NCBI GenBank assembly: GCA_051362555.1
Contig: CM120647.1
Location: 19,816,651 to 19,880,650 of the forward strand
Source of the DNA: Lingula anatina
Taxonomy: Eukaryota > Animalia > Brachiopoda
Reading direction: 5' to 3'
DNA length: 64,000 nucleotides
The first letter of the stretch is position 1, and every line of letters starts with the position of its first letter. The notes beneath the pieces are model-generated. The model saw only the letters and a program-made list of their open reading frames with translations, did no database searches and was not told where the DNA came from. A program made the translations under genes and the position numbers. Positions 38,283-49,934 of this stretch are shown here, one piece after another.

Positions 38283-40846
38283 TTGTAAAACGAGAAATAA
38301 CACTGGATGATGAACAGATAGGGTAGAAATTCGACACACGAGTTCTGCATGGATAAAACACAAAGAGAGACACTTCGTCTTGTGGCGTGAAATTTGAAAA
38401 AGGTAGAAAAAATGAGACACGTAGATGTCCAAATAACTTCATCAGGTTTTTTGTTATAAAAGGTTTCATTTTGTTAAGGGTCATAATGCTAGTACTTATG
38501 CATGTGCAAGTATACTCAGCAGCTAGTAGCGTCACGAAGCAATAAAACAAATATTTCTTCTCTTGTATTTCAGAGAATTGACAGGTACATGTGGATATGA
38601 AAATGAAGTAACTTTCTTTTAACCCCCCTGTACACTGGACGGCGTCCTTTCTGCGTCCTTTGTGCGATCATGAAACTGGCATCGCTGTGGTCGTAAAAAG
38701 GAGGCACAAGCACCTCTATGGTCGCAGACTGAATACTCAATGACCGGCCAGTAACTGTTGTCGGCACGTGAAGTTTTATTTATTTTTTGTTGTTTTTTTT
38801 TAACTCTCAAACGGGACCGTACTAAGGGAGGCAGAAAGGACGCCGTCCAGTGTAAAGGGGGCTTTAGCAACTGTTGCACTTGGTTAATTGAAATCATAAT
38901 ATCACATTTGTCTTTTTTTTAACAATTCCACAGTGCCCAATCACAAAACCAATCTTCATCATTGGATCAGCACGAACTGGTTCCACATATTTGCAAGCCC
39001 TTCTGAACCAGGACCCACAAAATACCTCTCCGTACTACTATGAAGTGATGTGCCCCGTTATAGAGGGCAGCACCAGTAAGCTAGGACACGAGGATCTACG
39101 TACTCGAACATACGAACGCCAACTAGGTATTGCGATTTTCAACTAGTACTAATCGAAAGAGAAAAAATGGGGTTAAGTGTAGTGTTGAGGTTATCAGTCA
39201 GTCCCGTAGATATCAGTTTTAACTGGGGGTCTTTATCAGAAAATGTCGACCTTTTTATCCTCTTTATTGACCCACCTTGAGCAATGGCACAAAACATAAA
39301 ACAAATTTTGATTTTGAACTCAAAAGTGGCGTTTTTTTCTGAACCCCTTGGATCCCTGCCTGCGACCCTTTGGTCACTTAATAATGCAAGTGGCTTCAAT
39401 TAACGTAATTTATTATATTATAATATATTATAATATATTATAATATTCATAAACAATATTGTTATCTCCTCTCTCCAGCCTCCGTGTACCGGAACCTCCC
39501 CTCTCTGAAGGCAGCACACAACATCAACCTCCAGGGACCATATGAATGCTTTCGTTTGCTTGACAACACGGGCATTTTCAAATCATACTTCGTTTTTACC
39601 AGAAATAACAGCGGTTACTTGGACTGGGTCTTGACAAGGACCAAAGACGAAATGGCGGAGATGTATCAACTGCACAAGAAACAGCTTCAGTTGATATTTC
39701 TCAGCAGGGATTCAGGTGAGACTATGGGGTGTTTTAGAACCTTTTCACATAGATGATATACCTGTTTTTACCTAAGCGATGCAGTCTGTGCCGGTGCAAT
39801 GTCAGGGGATGATTGATTATTCGAGGGATTTTTCATTCTTTTAAATCAGCACAAAGGTACTAGTAGATGCATTATTGAATTATTAGATGCAGGATAAAAG
39901 TCATTATCGTTTTCTGGATGATAATAAGGGTTACAGTGTCCTTAACGGTATTTTGATCGTTAAAGGGATAATAACTCTTCGTCTTGGCCAAAAAATGAAT
40001 TTTCCTGGAGTTAACAACAATTTTCCCATACTAACCAATGGTTAATGAATCCATTTTTACATGCTAATAAAGTTAGTCCCTGTTTTTTTTTTTTTTTTTT
40101 TGTTTTTTTTTTTTTTTTTTGTCTAAAAAGTTTTATATATATATAATCTCTTAAGAGATTATAACAGAGTATAGCCTTCAATGGAGGCCACGAGGCCTAA
40201 ACACAAGCTCAGATATCAGAATAATAGCTATAACTTATGTTTTTGTCGTAAAACAGAATATATTATATTTCTGTGAGTTGTTCACAATGTTTTTTATTGT
40301 GAAATTTAGATCTCATACGAAGAGTTATTATCCCTTTAATTATCATTCTAGATACCGAAAATGAGATTTTTCCTTCGTGTATTTATTCAATGATGCATCT
40401 TTTTTTTTTTTTTTTTTTTTGCTGTTTTAAAACAATAAAAATCCTCTCGAAAATATAAAATATCGGCGTTTATATTTCTCGCTGCTGAAAATAAGGTCGT
40501 GTGTATAGTTGTAATTACATCACAGACATTTTTTTATTTAATAGATTATTTAATAAGTATATTTATCTGTCGTTGTCTATGTCTCTGTCATAGACTCAAC
40601 CCCCGAAAACCGCCGCGTGATTCTGAAAGATTCCCTTCACAGCGTATACCTAGAGGCCATATTGGATGCTTACCCTGATGCTGTCTTCATCCACACGTAC
40701 CGAGATCCGGTGGCAGTCATGGCGTCCAGCTGCTCTGTCGTTGAAGCTTTCAGAGAGAGTTACGGTTATGGTTCTACTGCAATTGACAGGAAAGCGTTGG
40801 GGAAGGTATTTTTATTTTGAGCCATTTGTTTACATTTTTGATGCGT

Positions 40847-40900
<54 letters not shown>

Positions 40901-42194
40901 AGTGAGGGGGGGGGGGGGGGGACAAGAGAAAGAGAGGCCAGGGTAGAGAACAAAAGGAGAGATAGATAGAGACGTTTCGTCTCATCCTCCACACGGCCCT
41001 TTTTTCTCAGATATCCGACTTAAATGCTATGTGTGAATAAATGAATGTTATAAAGGAAAAGTCTAAATAGACCTAGTGATTTGAAAAGTTCTCCTCCTGT
41101 TTGTATTATTATTTCAGTGATCTATAGACCTAACATGCTGCATTGTATAGCCTACATTACATTTGCCATGTGATGACCGTGCAGTGCTGGCAAACTGCAT
41201 GTAAATGCCTTTAGTGCTTTGTCTGTGCGGAGGCAGGCGTTGGACGTACGAAATCGTATAAAATCGTACAGAGTCATGGCCTGCCTAGCCTCTACGCTTT
41301 TTTTCGAGCTAAAACTTTTCACAAATTTTTGAAACCGTAGACCGTAGCTTCATCATAGATTGCTTTGCACAGTTCCCCGTTGTGCAGTGGACTTGCGATG
41401 ATGGTGATAATGGTTGAACCTGTTTTTGGTCTCTCTTCTTTCCTTCTATGGTGGTTTAGGAGGCAACATAACGATAGTAAAGATGTTTGCAACTTTGTGT
41501 AATTCACTTGCATAAATTTGAAATTGTGAGTTTTGACCAAGTGGATGAAAAAACCGCATGCTGCTGACTCTTCAAAGAAACCACACGGAAGACGTGCGTC
41601 AGCAGCACTAATATAATACTGAAAAGGCTCCGTACGATCACTTTTCAGCCGAAAACCGACTTTTCCCCTTGTGACATCAAGGTCATGTTGGAAAAACGGC
41701 ACAGCGCCGGCAGATAATGTAAACGCCGTAGTCCTTACGGTGTCAAAAATCGTACAGAAATTCGTATATGTTTTCTTCGTGCGGCGCCCAGGGCAAATGT
41801 AAACTAGGTTTAAATATCAGTTTATTGATTCAATTTTTGATTTAGTACAATTGAAAAAACTTCATTCCAGGAGTTACTCTACTTCCCTTGGGGCCACGGC
41901 GGAAAAGAAATATTGAAGTTCAGAAAGGATCATCCCGAGGAAGAGCACCGGTTTATTGACATAGCCTATGCCGAACTGGTAGCGTCACCAATGGATATTG
42001 TAAAGCGGATATACGGGCACTTTGGCCTGAATTTAACCAATTACGGGAGAGAGAGAATGGAGAGATACGTCCAGGAAAACCCGCAAAACAAACATGGCCG
42101 CCACAAATATGATTTAAGTAAATATGGCCTTACGAAAGATGAAGTATACGAGCATTTTAAAGAATACATTCAGTATTTTAACATACAGTGTTGA
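37843..42194 (+). CDS. PAPS-dependent sulfotransferase (Sulfotransfer_3-like, bacterial-type), ~432 aa, 5 exons (37843-38175, 38934-39126, 39479-39715, 40594-40805, 41871-42194)
   Basis: 5'-PSB motif PIFIIGSARTGSTYLQALL. LK..H..YL..ILDAYPDAVFIHTYRDP 3'-PB region. C-terminal HGRHKYDLSKYGL. In frame (1299 nt). Confidence 0.9.
38622..38863. mobile_element. MITE with ~30 bp TIRs (Harbinger-like)
   Basis: CCCCCTGTACACTGGACGGCGTCCTTTCTGC ... GCAGAAAGGACGCCGTCCAGTGTAAAGGGGG; TAA/TTA flanks. Confidence 0.8.
39964..40335. mobile_element. TTAA-flanked MITE (Kolobok-like)
   Basis: Perfect 19 bp TIR AGGGATAATAACTCTTCGT with TTAA on both sides. Confidence 0.85.
41151..41810. mobile_element. Non-autonomous TIR element in sulfotransferase intron 4
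   Basis: cctacattacatttgcc ... ggcaaatgtaaactagg; subterminal aaatcgta repeats. Confidence 0.55.
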
Positions 42195-45100
42195 TTTTGG
42201 ACATTTTAATGAAATATTTGCATATATGTACAAGGGACTGAGTACACGGCATTATCTTGAGGGGCAATGTTAAAGGTTTCGGTTAAAACGGTTGAGCACG
42301 TAAGTTCATCATAAAAAAACATAAATTTAAATAAATAAACATGAATAAAAAACATTCAAATGTGTAATTACTGGTGCGATTTTCATTTAAGAAATAAATT
42401 GGGAATTTTGAGTAAAATATGATTGCTAAATAATTCCGCCGAGATGATATCGTTTTTCCGCTGAACACGGTAAACAGGTGGTATGCATGACGTGCTGTTA
42501 TACCGGAAAAGCTACTCAATCAATTCAAGATCGATCGCTTTTATTGATAGGCCTGCTCGGAACGTTCCTAGTTAGATGACTTCAGATGCTTTTATTTTCA
42601 TTTTGTTTTGCACTGAGATAATGTTTGGTTTCACCTTTGACGTTATAGAGCACGATGAAGTCCACGGCTGTTCACAACTGGGCGGTTTTAGAATTGAGTA
42701 ATGTTTACTCTTTCAAATGTCGACTTCGGACTTGCCCCGGATATTGTATGATGATATGAACAATCTTGAGCAACAAGGGCCCAAGACAGGAAAGGAGGGG
42801 CATGAAAAGAGGAAATATATGCCTGTTTAAAGCAATAGAGGCGACGCCACTTTTGTAAAAAATGAATATTTAAAAGATTCTCTCTGATAATCCCACAAAG
42901 AAAAGAAAACCCAGTTTGATGAAATGGTGTACACACGGAGCTTGTAATAAAGGACGAAGGTCAATGACAATTTCCAAATCAGCACCAACAGAAGAAATGT
43001 TATTGATCTCTCAGACTTTATGCTAATGGCGTTTTAAATCGATCACTTCATGGTAACTTTCAGTAGCATACCGTATTAGCCTTTTTCATCTTTTCCGGAA
43101 ATTGAAATTGCATTGTGGGTAGGGGAGCCCTGCTACGTCGAAACACTTACAGCGGTGCTAAAAACCATGGCTGGGTTTACGTGCTTTTTGTCCCGCTACT
43201 ACAATAACAGTAAGCGAGATCGACACATGAGGTTTAATAAGTTCCCAACAAACCCGTTAGAATGAAAAATATGGTAGAAAGAAAGGAAAATATAGCAGGT
43301 TTGGATCAAAAGCAGGGCACCGCGTTTGCGCTGAACATTTCGGGAAGAAAAACTATAATATTAGGAGATCAACGGTGCTTTAATAAAATACAGAAATGCT
43401 TAGTTAAACAACGGATATAACGAACTATCGGCAAATAGAACTCGGGGGTAAAAAATGCGAGAAAAAAAAACATTATAAAGATTTGAAGAAAAAATTGAAG
43501 AATAGGCCGGGGCCTAAAAATTAAGAAAAGACTTCAAGCATGAGATTATGGAAAAAGAAAGTAAAAGCTGTGAAGTTTTACACGGGGATTCTACTTACAA
43601 AAAATTCAAGAACTTTCACGACTTTTTGTGTAACAACAAAGAGAAGGTTTGAAAAGTTTTGTATGTAATATCCTTTTTGTGTGTGTTTTATTGATAAGTG
43701 ATCATTTTAAATGTTGTAGGCCCATCACAGGTTTTAGTCTCTCATAACCCTTAGCAGGGTGGGTTCTATTTTTTTTTTACCTGAGACGTTAATAAAATTT
43801 TTATTATTATGTATTCAGTCCCGTATACGTATTACTGATTTGTACAAACGGGGCTCATATATCAAGATCAACAGAGACATACGAAGAAGAAAGTAAATCG
43901 GCTCTTGTTGAACGCGTTATTGGCGAAATAAAAAGTTATTTATTTCTGAACTCAATGACAAGAGAATTGGAAAATACAAAAAATGCAGAAAAGCCTTTCT
44001 GTAAGCTACGCGTACATAATACATGTATGGTAAAGACAAAATGGATAAAAAACATAATCCAACAACGTATTTGTAAAGTAATACAAATATGCTTAGTATT
44101 AAAGTAGGCCTACCTATATTTAACTGTCTTAGATAGTGGAAAAGTATGAAATGTGTGGGAAACACTTTATTTGAATGATTTAATTGTCTGTGATTGAAAA
44201 CGATGAAAATACGCATGAAAACACTTAAAAGTCAAATAATTTGGCCTCTTGCCATAATTTTGTTTTTGTTTCAGTTTGACAAAATTTTCATACTTGTCAG
44301 ACCGAAAGGCTGACATTTTTTACCTGTCGTAAATTTTGTACATATACTAGAGTAAGACACGGTAAACTTTAATTATCGTCTGGGAAAGAGTTGAGAATTC
44401 CTGTCTCACCTATTTAACACTTAAAAGGTTTTAATTACAGAGGAAAGGTCGTAGTTGTTGTCTGTGTGAAATAGGGGCATTACCGAACAATTGAACAAGT
44501 AACACCTGATGCCTTATCAGGTACCAAACGATTTAATCAGTTCACCGACGAACGATCTGCGTGTCAGTTTTACCTGTATACACAGTAGCTACGAGTCAAA
44601 CAATGCAGGAAATCTTTTCATTTTATCACTTTAAAAATCTCTTAAGATATCCTTCAAACAAGACATAAAAATCGTAATGAATTGACACTGCCGGTACATG
44701 AGGTGATATCGCCACAGCTTGCATATATACATGTACAAAATTGTGAAGACGTAGGCCTGCGCACCTGTCCACACTCTTGAAAGCTGTGTACGAGTCTACT
44801 GGCTATTTTGATTTTATATATAAAAAAATAACGAGTCTCTTTCGCAAATCTTTATTATCGGAAGCATTAAAAGAACTCCAAAGCTTTAGTTCGTCATCAC
44901 TATGGAAAGTACAGCCAAGGCTCGGACGCTTAGGTGAAGTCTAGTTGTAAAGCGCATCGTATTTAAACTGAGAAAGAAAATATTTAATTGCTTGATTCTC
45001 CGTCCAAATAGCTGTTTCTTGCCTACAGTTTACGCGTTTCTGTGCTTCAGCCACCTTTTTAGTTTGACAGAAAGCAATGCACGCTTCATACGACCTTTTT

Positions 45101-45344
45101 ATATGCGCACCTTGTACATCATCTACACCTAGCATTGCCATGCTGGAAACAGCAGAGGACCACTATGACCCCTGTGGCGCGCGGTTCCTGTCATGCGCAC
45201 TTCGTATTTCCGCAAAAGATGAAAAAGGTTAATTTTTATGCAAAAGGTAATTTGCTAGGACCCACGAGAGCCCACATTCGTTCTCGCTCATTCTCGCGAC
45301 ATCCCGAATCAAGGGCCCGGTCGTTGTCGTTGTGGACTACTGAC

Positions 45345-45450
45345 GTGCCTCATTCGGGACTCGAACTCGTGACTTTGTGTTACCATGGTTGATGACGCTT
45401 TGGTTTCTTCATTTGCATCCAAGCACGCTACCGACTGCGCCGTGACTGAC
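45345..45450 (-). pseudogene. tRNA-like element (A-box/B-box); second copy at 46145-46250
   Basis: Minus strand GGCGCAGTCGGTAGCG ... GAGTTCGA(G/A)TCCC..TGAGGCA; no intact acceptor stem. Confidence 0.45.
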
Positions 45451-46339
45451 CCACCCACCCTCCCCACGTACAAGTTTCCTCTTATAGTAACCAATCGCAA
45501 TTTTTAAAATTGAATTCTGGCAAAAAAATGAGATTTCATCAACTAGGGCTCGAACTAGCGCACAAGTTACTGCCTGTGTCCTAGGCAGCAGAGTTACCAC
45601 GGAGCCACGGCAGCTACGTTGACATGAGATGATCAGATGGAAACTTTCAACCTTGTCATGGAGACGACCAGATTGGATGTATATGTATATATCTGCTATC
45701 CCTATCGATAATCCGGGTGCCGTATTTCATCCCACGCAACCCCAGTCCACGACCATGGTTTATCATGAACGGGAAAGTTTATGATGTACAGGTGACCGTC
45801 TTTGAAAACCCGACACGGAGCTCGGAGATTCCTTTATATTAGATTGATTTTGGCTTTACCTATGATATTAAAGAGTACAACGGGATCAAAAGCGGTTAAG
45901 AACAGGCGTGATTCACTTTTAGCTAGTCCTTTAGAAGAGGGTATAATAAAAAAAATACAACTGTGTAATTACTGGTGCGATTTTCATTTAAGAAATAAAT
46001 TGGGAATTTTGAGTAAAACATGATTGGTAAATAATTTCGCCGAGATGATATCGTTTTTCCGCTGAACACGGTAAACAGGTGGTATGCATGACGTGATGTT
46101 ATACCGTATCAGGGGCCCGGTGGTTGTCGTTGTGGACTACTGACGTGCCTCATCCGGGATTCGAACTCGTGACTTTGTGTTACCATGGTTGATGACGCTT
46201 TGGTTTCTTCATTTGCATCCAAGCACGCTACCGACTGCGCCGTGACTGACCAGCCCACCCTCCCTACGTACAAGTTTCCTCTTAAATTAACCAATCGCAA
46301 TTTTTAAAATTGAATTCTGGCAAAAAAAAAAATGACATT

Positions 46340-46424
46340 TCATCGACTGGGGCTCGAACCAGCGCACAAGTTACAGCCTGAGCCTGTGTCCTAGGCAGCA
46401 GAGTTACCACGGAGCCACGGCAGC
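46340..46424 (-). pseudogene. Degenerate tRNA-like element with long variable region and downstream poly-T; other copy at ~45537-45614
   Basis: Minus strand GTGGCTCCGTGGTAA ... CTGGTTCGAGCCCCAG followed by a T run. Confidence 0.4.
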
Positions 46425-47614
46425 TACGTTGACATGATGTGATCAGATGGAAACTTCCAACCTTGTCACGAGACGGCCAGATTGGATGTATATGTATATA
46501 TCTGCTATCCCTATCGATAATCGGGGTGCCGTATTTCATCCCACGCAACCCCAGTCCACGACCATGGTTTATCATGAACGGGAAAGTTTATGATGTACAG
46601 GTGACCGTCTTTGAAAACCCGACACGGAGCTCGGAGATTCTTTTATATTAGATTAATTTTGGCTTTACCTATGATATTAAAGAGTACAACGGGATCAAAA
46701 GCGGTTAAGAACAGGCGTGATTTAATTTTAGCTAGTCCTTTAGAAGAGGGAATAAAAAAAACTGCAAATGTGTAATTACTGGTGCGATTTTCATTTAAGA
46801 AATAAATTGGGAATTTTGAGTAAAACATGATTGGTAAATAATTCGGCCGAGATGATATCGTTTTTTCCGCTGAACACGGTAAACAGGTGGTATGACGTGC
46901 TGTTATACCGGAAAAGCTACTGAATCAATTCAAGTTCGATCACTTTCATTGATAGGCCTGCTCGAAACGCTCCTAGTTAGATGTCTTATCTCATTTCTAA
47001 GATCCTTAGTGAAGTTTTGACAATCAATTACTGGACAGAAGAGATTTTTTGACATCTTAAAATTATTTAAATGAACTAGCACAATAAAAATAAACTAATA
47101 TCCGGGAATGATTTATTTCATATGTAGATATTCATATGACATGAAATCATATAAAATAAAACGAGAGTTATAAGTTACTGGATCGGTAAAGGTGCGAAAT
47201 TATGGTAGTTTAGGGCATGATTATCTTTGCACAGTGTATGCTGTCTTAGTAAAGAATAAAGAAGTGGCACGCAAAACGTATTGAATCCGTACTGCTGTGC
47301 TATAAACTCTAACTAGTCAGAACTGAAGAGGAAATGACCACAGAAATATCCGTGGTTGAACATGCCCCAAATGTTAGCTTACACATGCATCTGTTGTTGC
47401 ACCGGGCTCACTAACTCGCTCATCTACATTTTATGACTCGGCACACTCTCCTTCAAATCCTGCTGAACCTCACTAGATGTTATGCTCGTGAGTCGTGAGA
47501 CTTTGTTGCCATCTCGGATGGTTGTCATTGATAACAGGGTGGAGACGCTAGCAACATCTCACCAGGTATGTCACACACACACACATACACACACGCTCAC
47601 ACACACACACATAC

Positions 47615-47691
<77 letters not shown>

Positions 47692-48721
47692 ATTGGACAA
47701 ACTGGAGTTCCCAATAGTGCTATCCTACCGCCATCTGTTGACCCAAACCAACACTCCTTATATTAGATAGGGTCTACTCCTTTCAGTTCTTCACTAGGGG
47801 CAGCTTTTTTATAGATATGCATACATATCTGTGAATTAAATTTCAACCACATTTATTAAACAAATAAATAAATGAATGAATGAATGAATGAATGATAATA
47901 ATAGAAGAGGAAAATGAAATAAAAACCAGGTTGTCTTTTGACCAAAAGAGAGAGAGAGAGAGAGAGCGTGAGAGAGAAAGGTTCTTTGTAGCATAGCGCC
48001 ATCTAGCGCCTGTAGACAAAACTTCCATCCACGGGGATTCCGTATCAATTCCTAGCCCAGGGCGTCGTTAAGATGACTTCATAAGCGTAACAGTGGTAGC
48101 TCGTTTGTCAACGTTTATTGCTGCTCAGCCCTCTCCTATCTCTGGCGTGAGAGCAATTTCTCAAATGTCGGAACCCTTTAGAAATTTTATCAAACGCACT
48201 GTCGCATGGTGGTGTGAGTTGCTCGAGGCTCTCGCGGACGTTGATGACGGAGGGTGACTTTTTGTCATGGTTTTGTATAGTACACAGGCTTTGTTAGCAA
48301 CAGGCACGAGATCGGTGTTGAAAAAAGTAATTTTCTAAATGTTATACTCCTAAAATGCACTGAAATGTAATACCGCCGTTTTTGTGTGTCTTGAGAAGAT
48401 TCTTGAGGTGCCTTTAGCAAAAATGATGCGCCTCTAGAGCGTACCTCTACAGTTAAAATATTAAAGATACAAGAGGCTAACTTAATATATTTCGACACCA
48501 AAAACGATTATTTTAATGTTTTAAAAATACGTTGGCTTTGTAATTTTAAATGAAACAAATAGGCCATTTGAGTAAAGGAAAGGAAAGAAATTAGATTAAA
48601 TCCAAAGCATTGACAGAGCGCACAACGTGAAACATGTTTCAAATGCTAACATTGTCGAACATTGTATTCTAAGTGACATAATTTACAGGATGTCAGGACC
48701 GCTGTTTCTTCAAAATCACGG

Positions 48722-48767
<46 letters not shown>

Positions 48768-48775
48768 ATTTTAAG

Positions 48776-48806
<31 letters not shown>

Positions 48807-49000
48807 GAAGTACAGACGCCGTCTCGCTGTTCTTTCTGGAGTCAGTGACGTTAAATGGCGTAATTTTGTCCGTCAGCGTTGTAACTTAGATCTGTGCAGC
48901 AACGTGTACATATAAGCCCTACGCAACGTGTGGGCAACATTTGCTTTTTGGGTTAACCCATTTCTTATTCATATTTCCCCCCTGTGTCTACGTTCACTGC

Positions 49001-49055
49001 TATAAATACCGCCACACACCGTCATAGCCTTAGAACGCCACACTTCGCGCGTGCC
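49001..49055 (+). promoter_or_regulatory. Candidate TATA box and class-C bHLH-O site upstream of the HES gene
   Basis: TATAAATA at 49001; CGCGTGCC (reverse complement GGCACGCG) at 49048-49055; CpG-richer context. Confidence 0.4.
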
Positions 49056-49797
49056 GCAGTCACTGATACGCGCCCTGCCCCTCTCGGGTGTCAAAGAGTG
49101 ACACTTTCGATCCTCACACGCAGGTATTGGTTGATCACTTCACCTACAAAGACACCTTCGAATGTCAGTCAAGAGTATTATTGGTCGGTCTCACCAGTGG
49201 AAAGTGACACTAGACCTGACTGGAGTGGAGTGAAGTAGTATTCGACTAGAGCACTTTTAAAAGCTAAACATTGCTGTTTCCGACCCCTTCTAGGTGTGTA
49301 TTTTGTGTCACGCGAGATACACCATCGCTGTTGTCGCAGGTCTCACGTATAAAGCTGTTATCATCGAGGAAGTAGCTACTGCGACGCCAGCAGAAAAGAA
49401 GCGGTATTTAGTGTTGTTACATGTAGAAAGCCACGTTTAGCAATTCCAACCGTCGTTTTCGAATAACCGTATTTTTGTTAGACATTTTCGCATCGGTTGG
49501 TTTATCTACAAAGAATACCTTTGCCTTGAAAGAAGAGCTTGAAAAAAAGTGATTTTTTTAGTATTTTGGGGCACTTCTTTCAGGCTGCAGGACCTAAAAG
49601 GCGTTTGACAGTAGGAAAACGAACGCTGCACTGTTGTTGTTGCAACCACTGTAACCAAACTGCACTGCAATTGATCCTGTTGTGCCCTCCCTGACACTGA
49701 GAAACTGCTGTAACATTGTTGACGCTATTGCATTGTCATTGTTGCCGCTGTCTTGTTGTCAACACCGCTGCATTGTATCGTCATTGTCATTACTGTC

Positions 49798-49891
49798 ATG
49801 CCACCAAGAACTCGGACTATGCACGCTGAACCTGCCTTACATAGGAAGGTACGTATTTCTTCTATCAGTTGTTAAACATCTGATATCTTTT

Positions 49892-49934
<43 letters not shown>

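Larger units (their letters stand above)
45308..46983. repeat. ~800 bp near-identical tandem duplication (45308-46106 / 46107-46909); its distal ~220 bp also occurs at 42361-42578
   Basis: Direct comparison of the two units; duplicated ORF translations in the track. Confidence 0.92.

Noticed and set aside
41319-41702. 127 aa minus-strand ORF
   Set aside because: Lies within a TIR element in a sulfotransferase intron; no recognisable motif.
44941-45141. 66 aa ORF with protein-like composition
   Set aside because: No recognisable domain, splice partners or paralog support.
49106-49120. TTCGATCCTCACACG resembling a tRNA T-arm
   Set aside because: No A-box or rest of a cloverleaf; likely chance.
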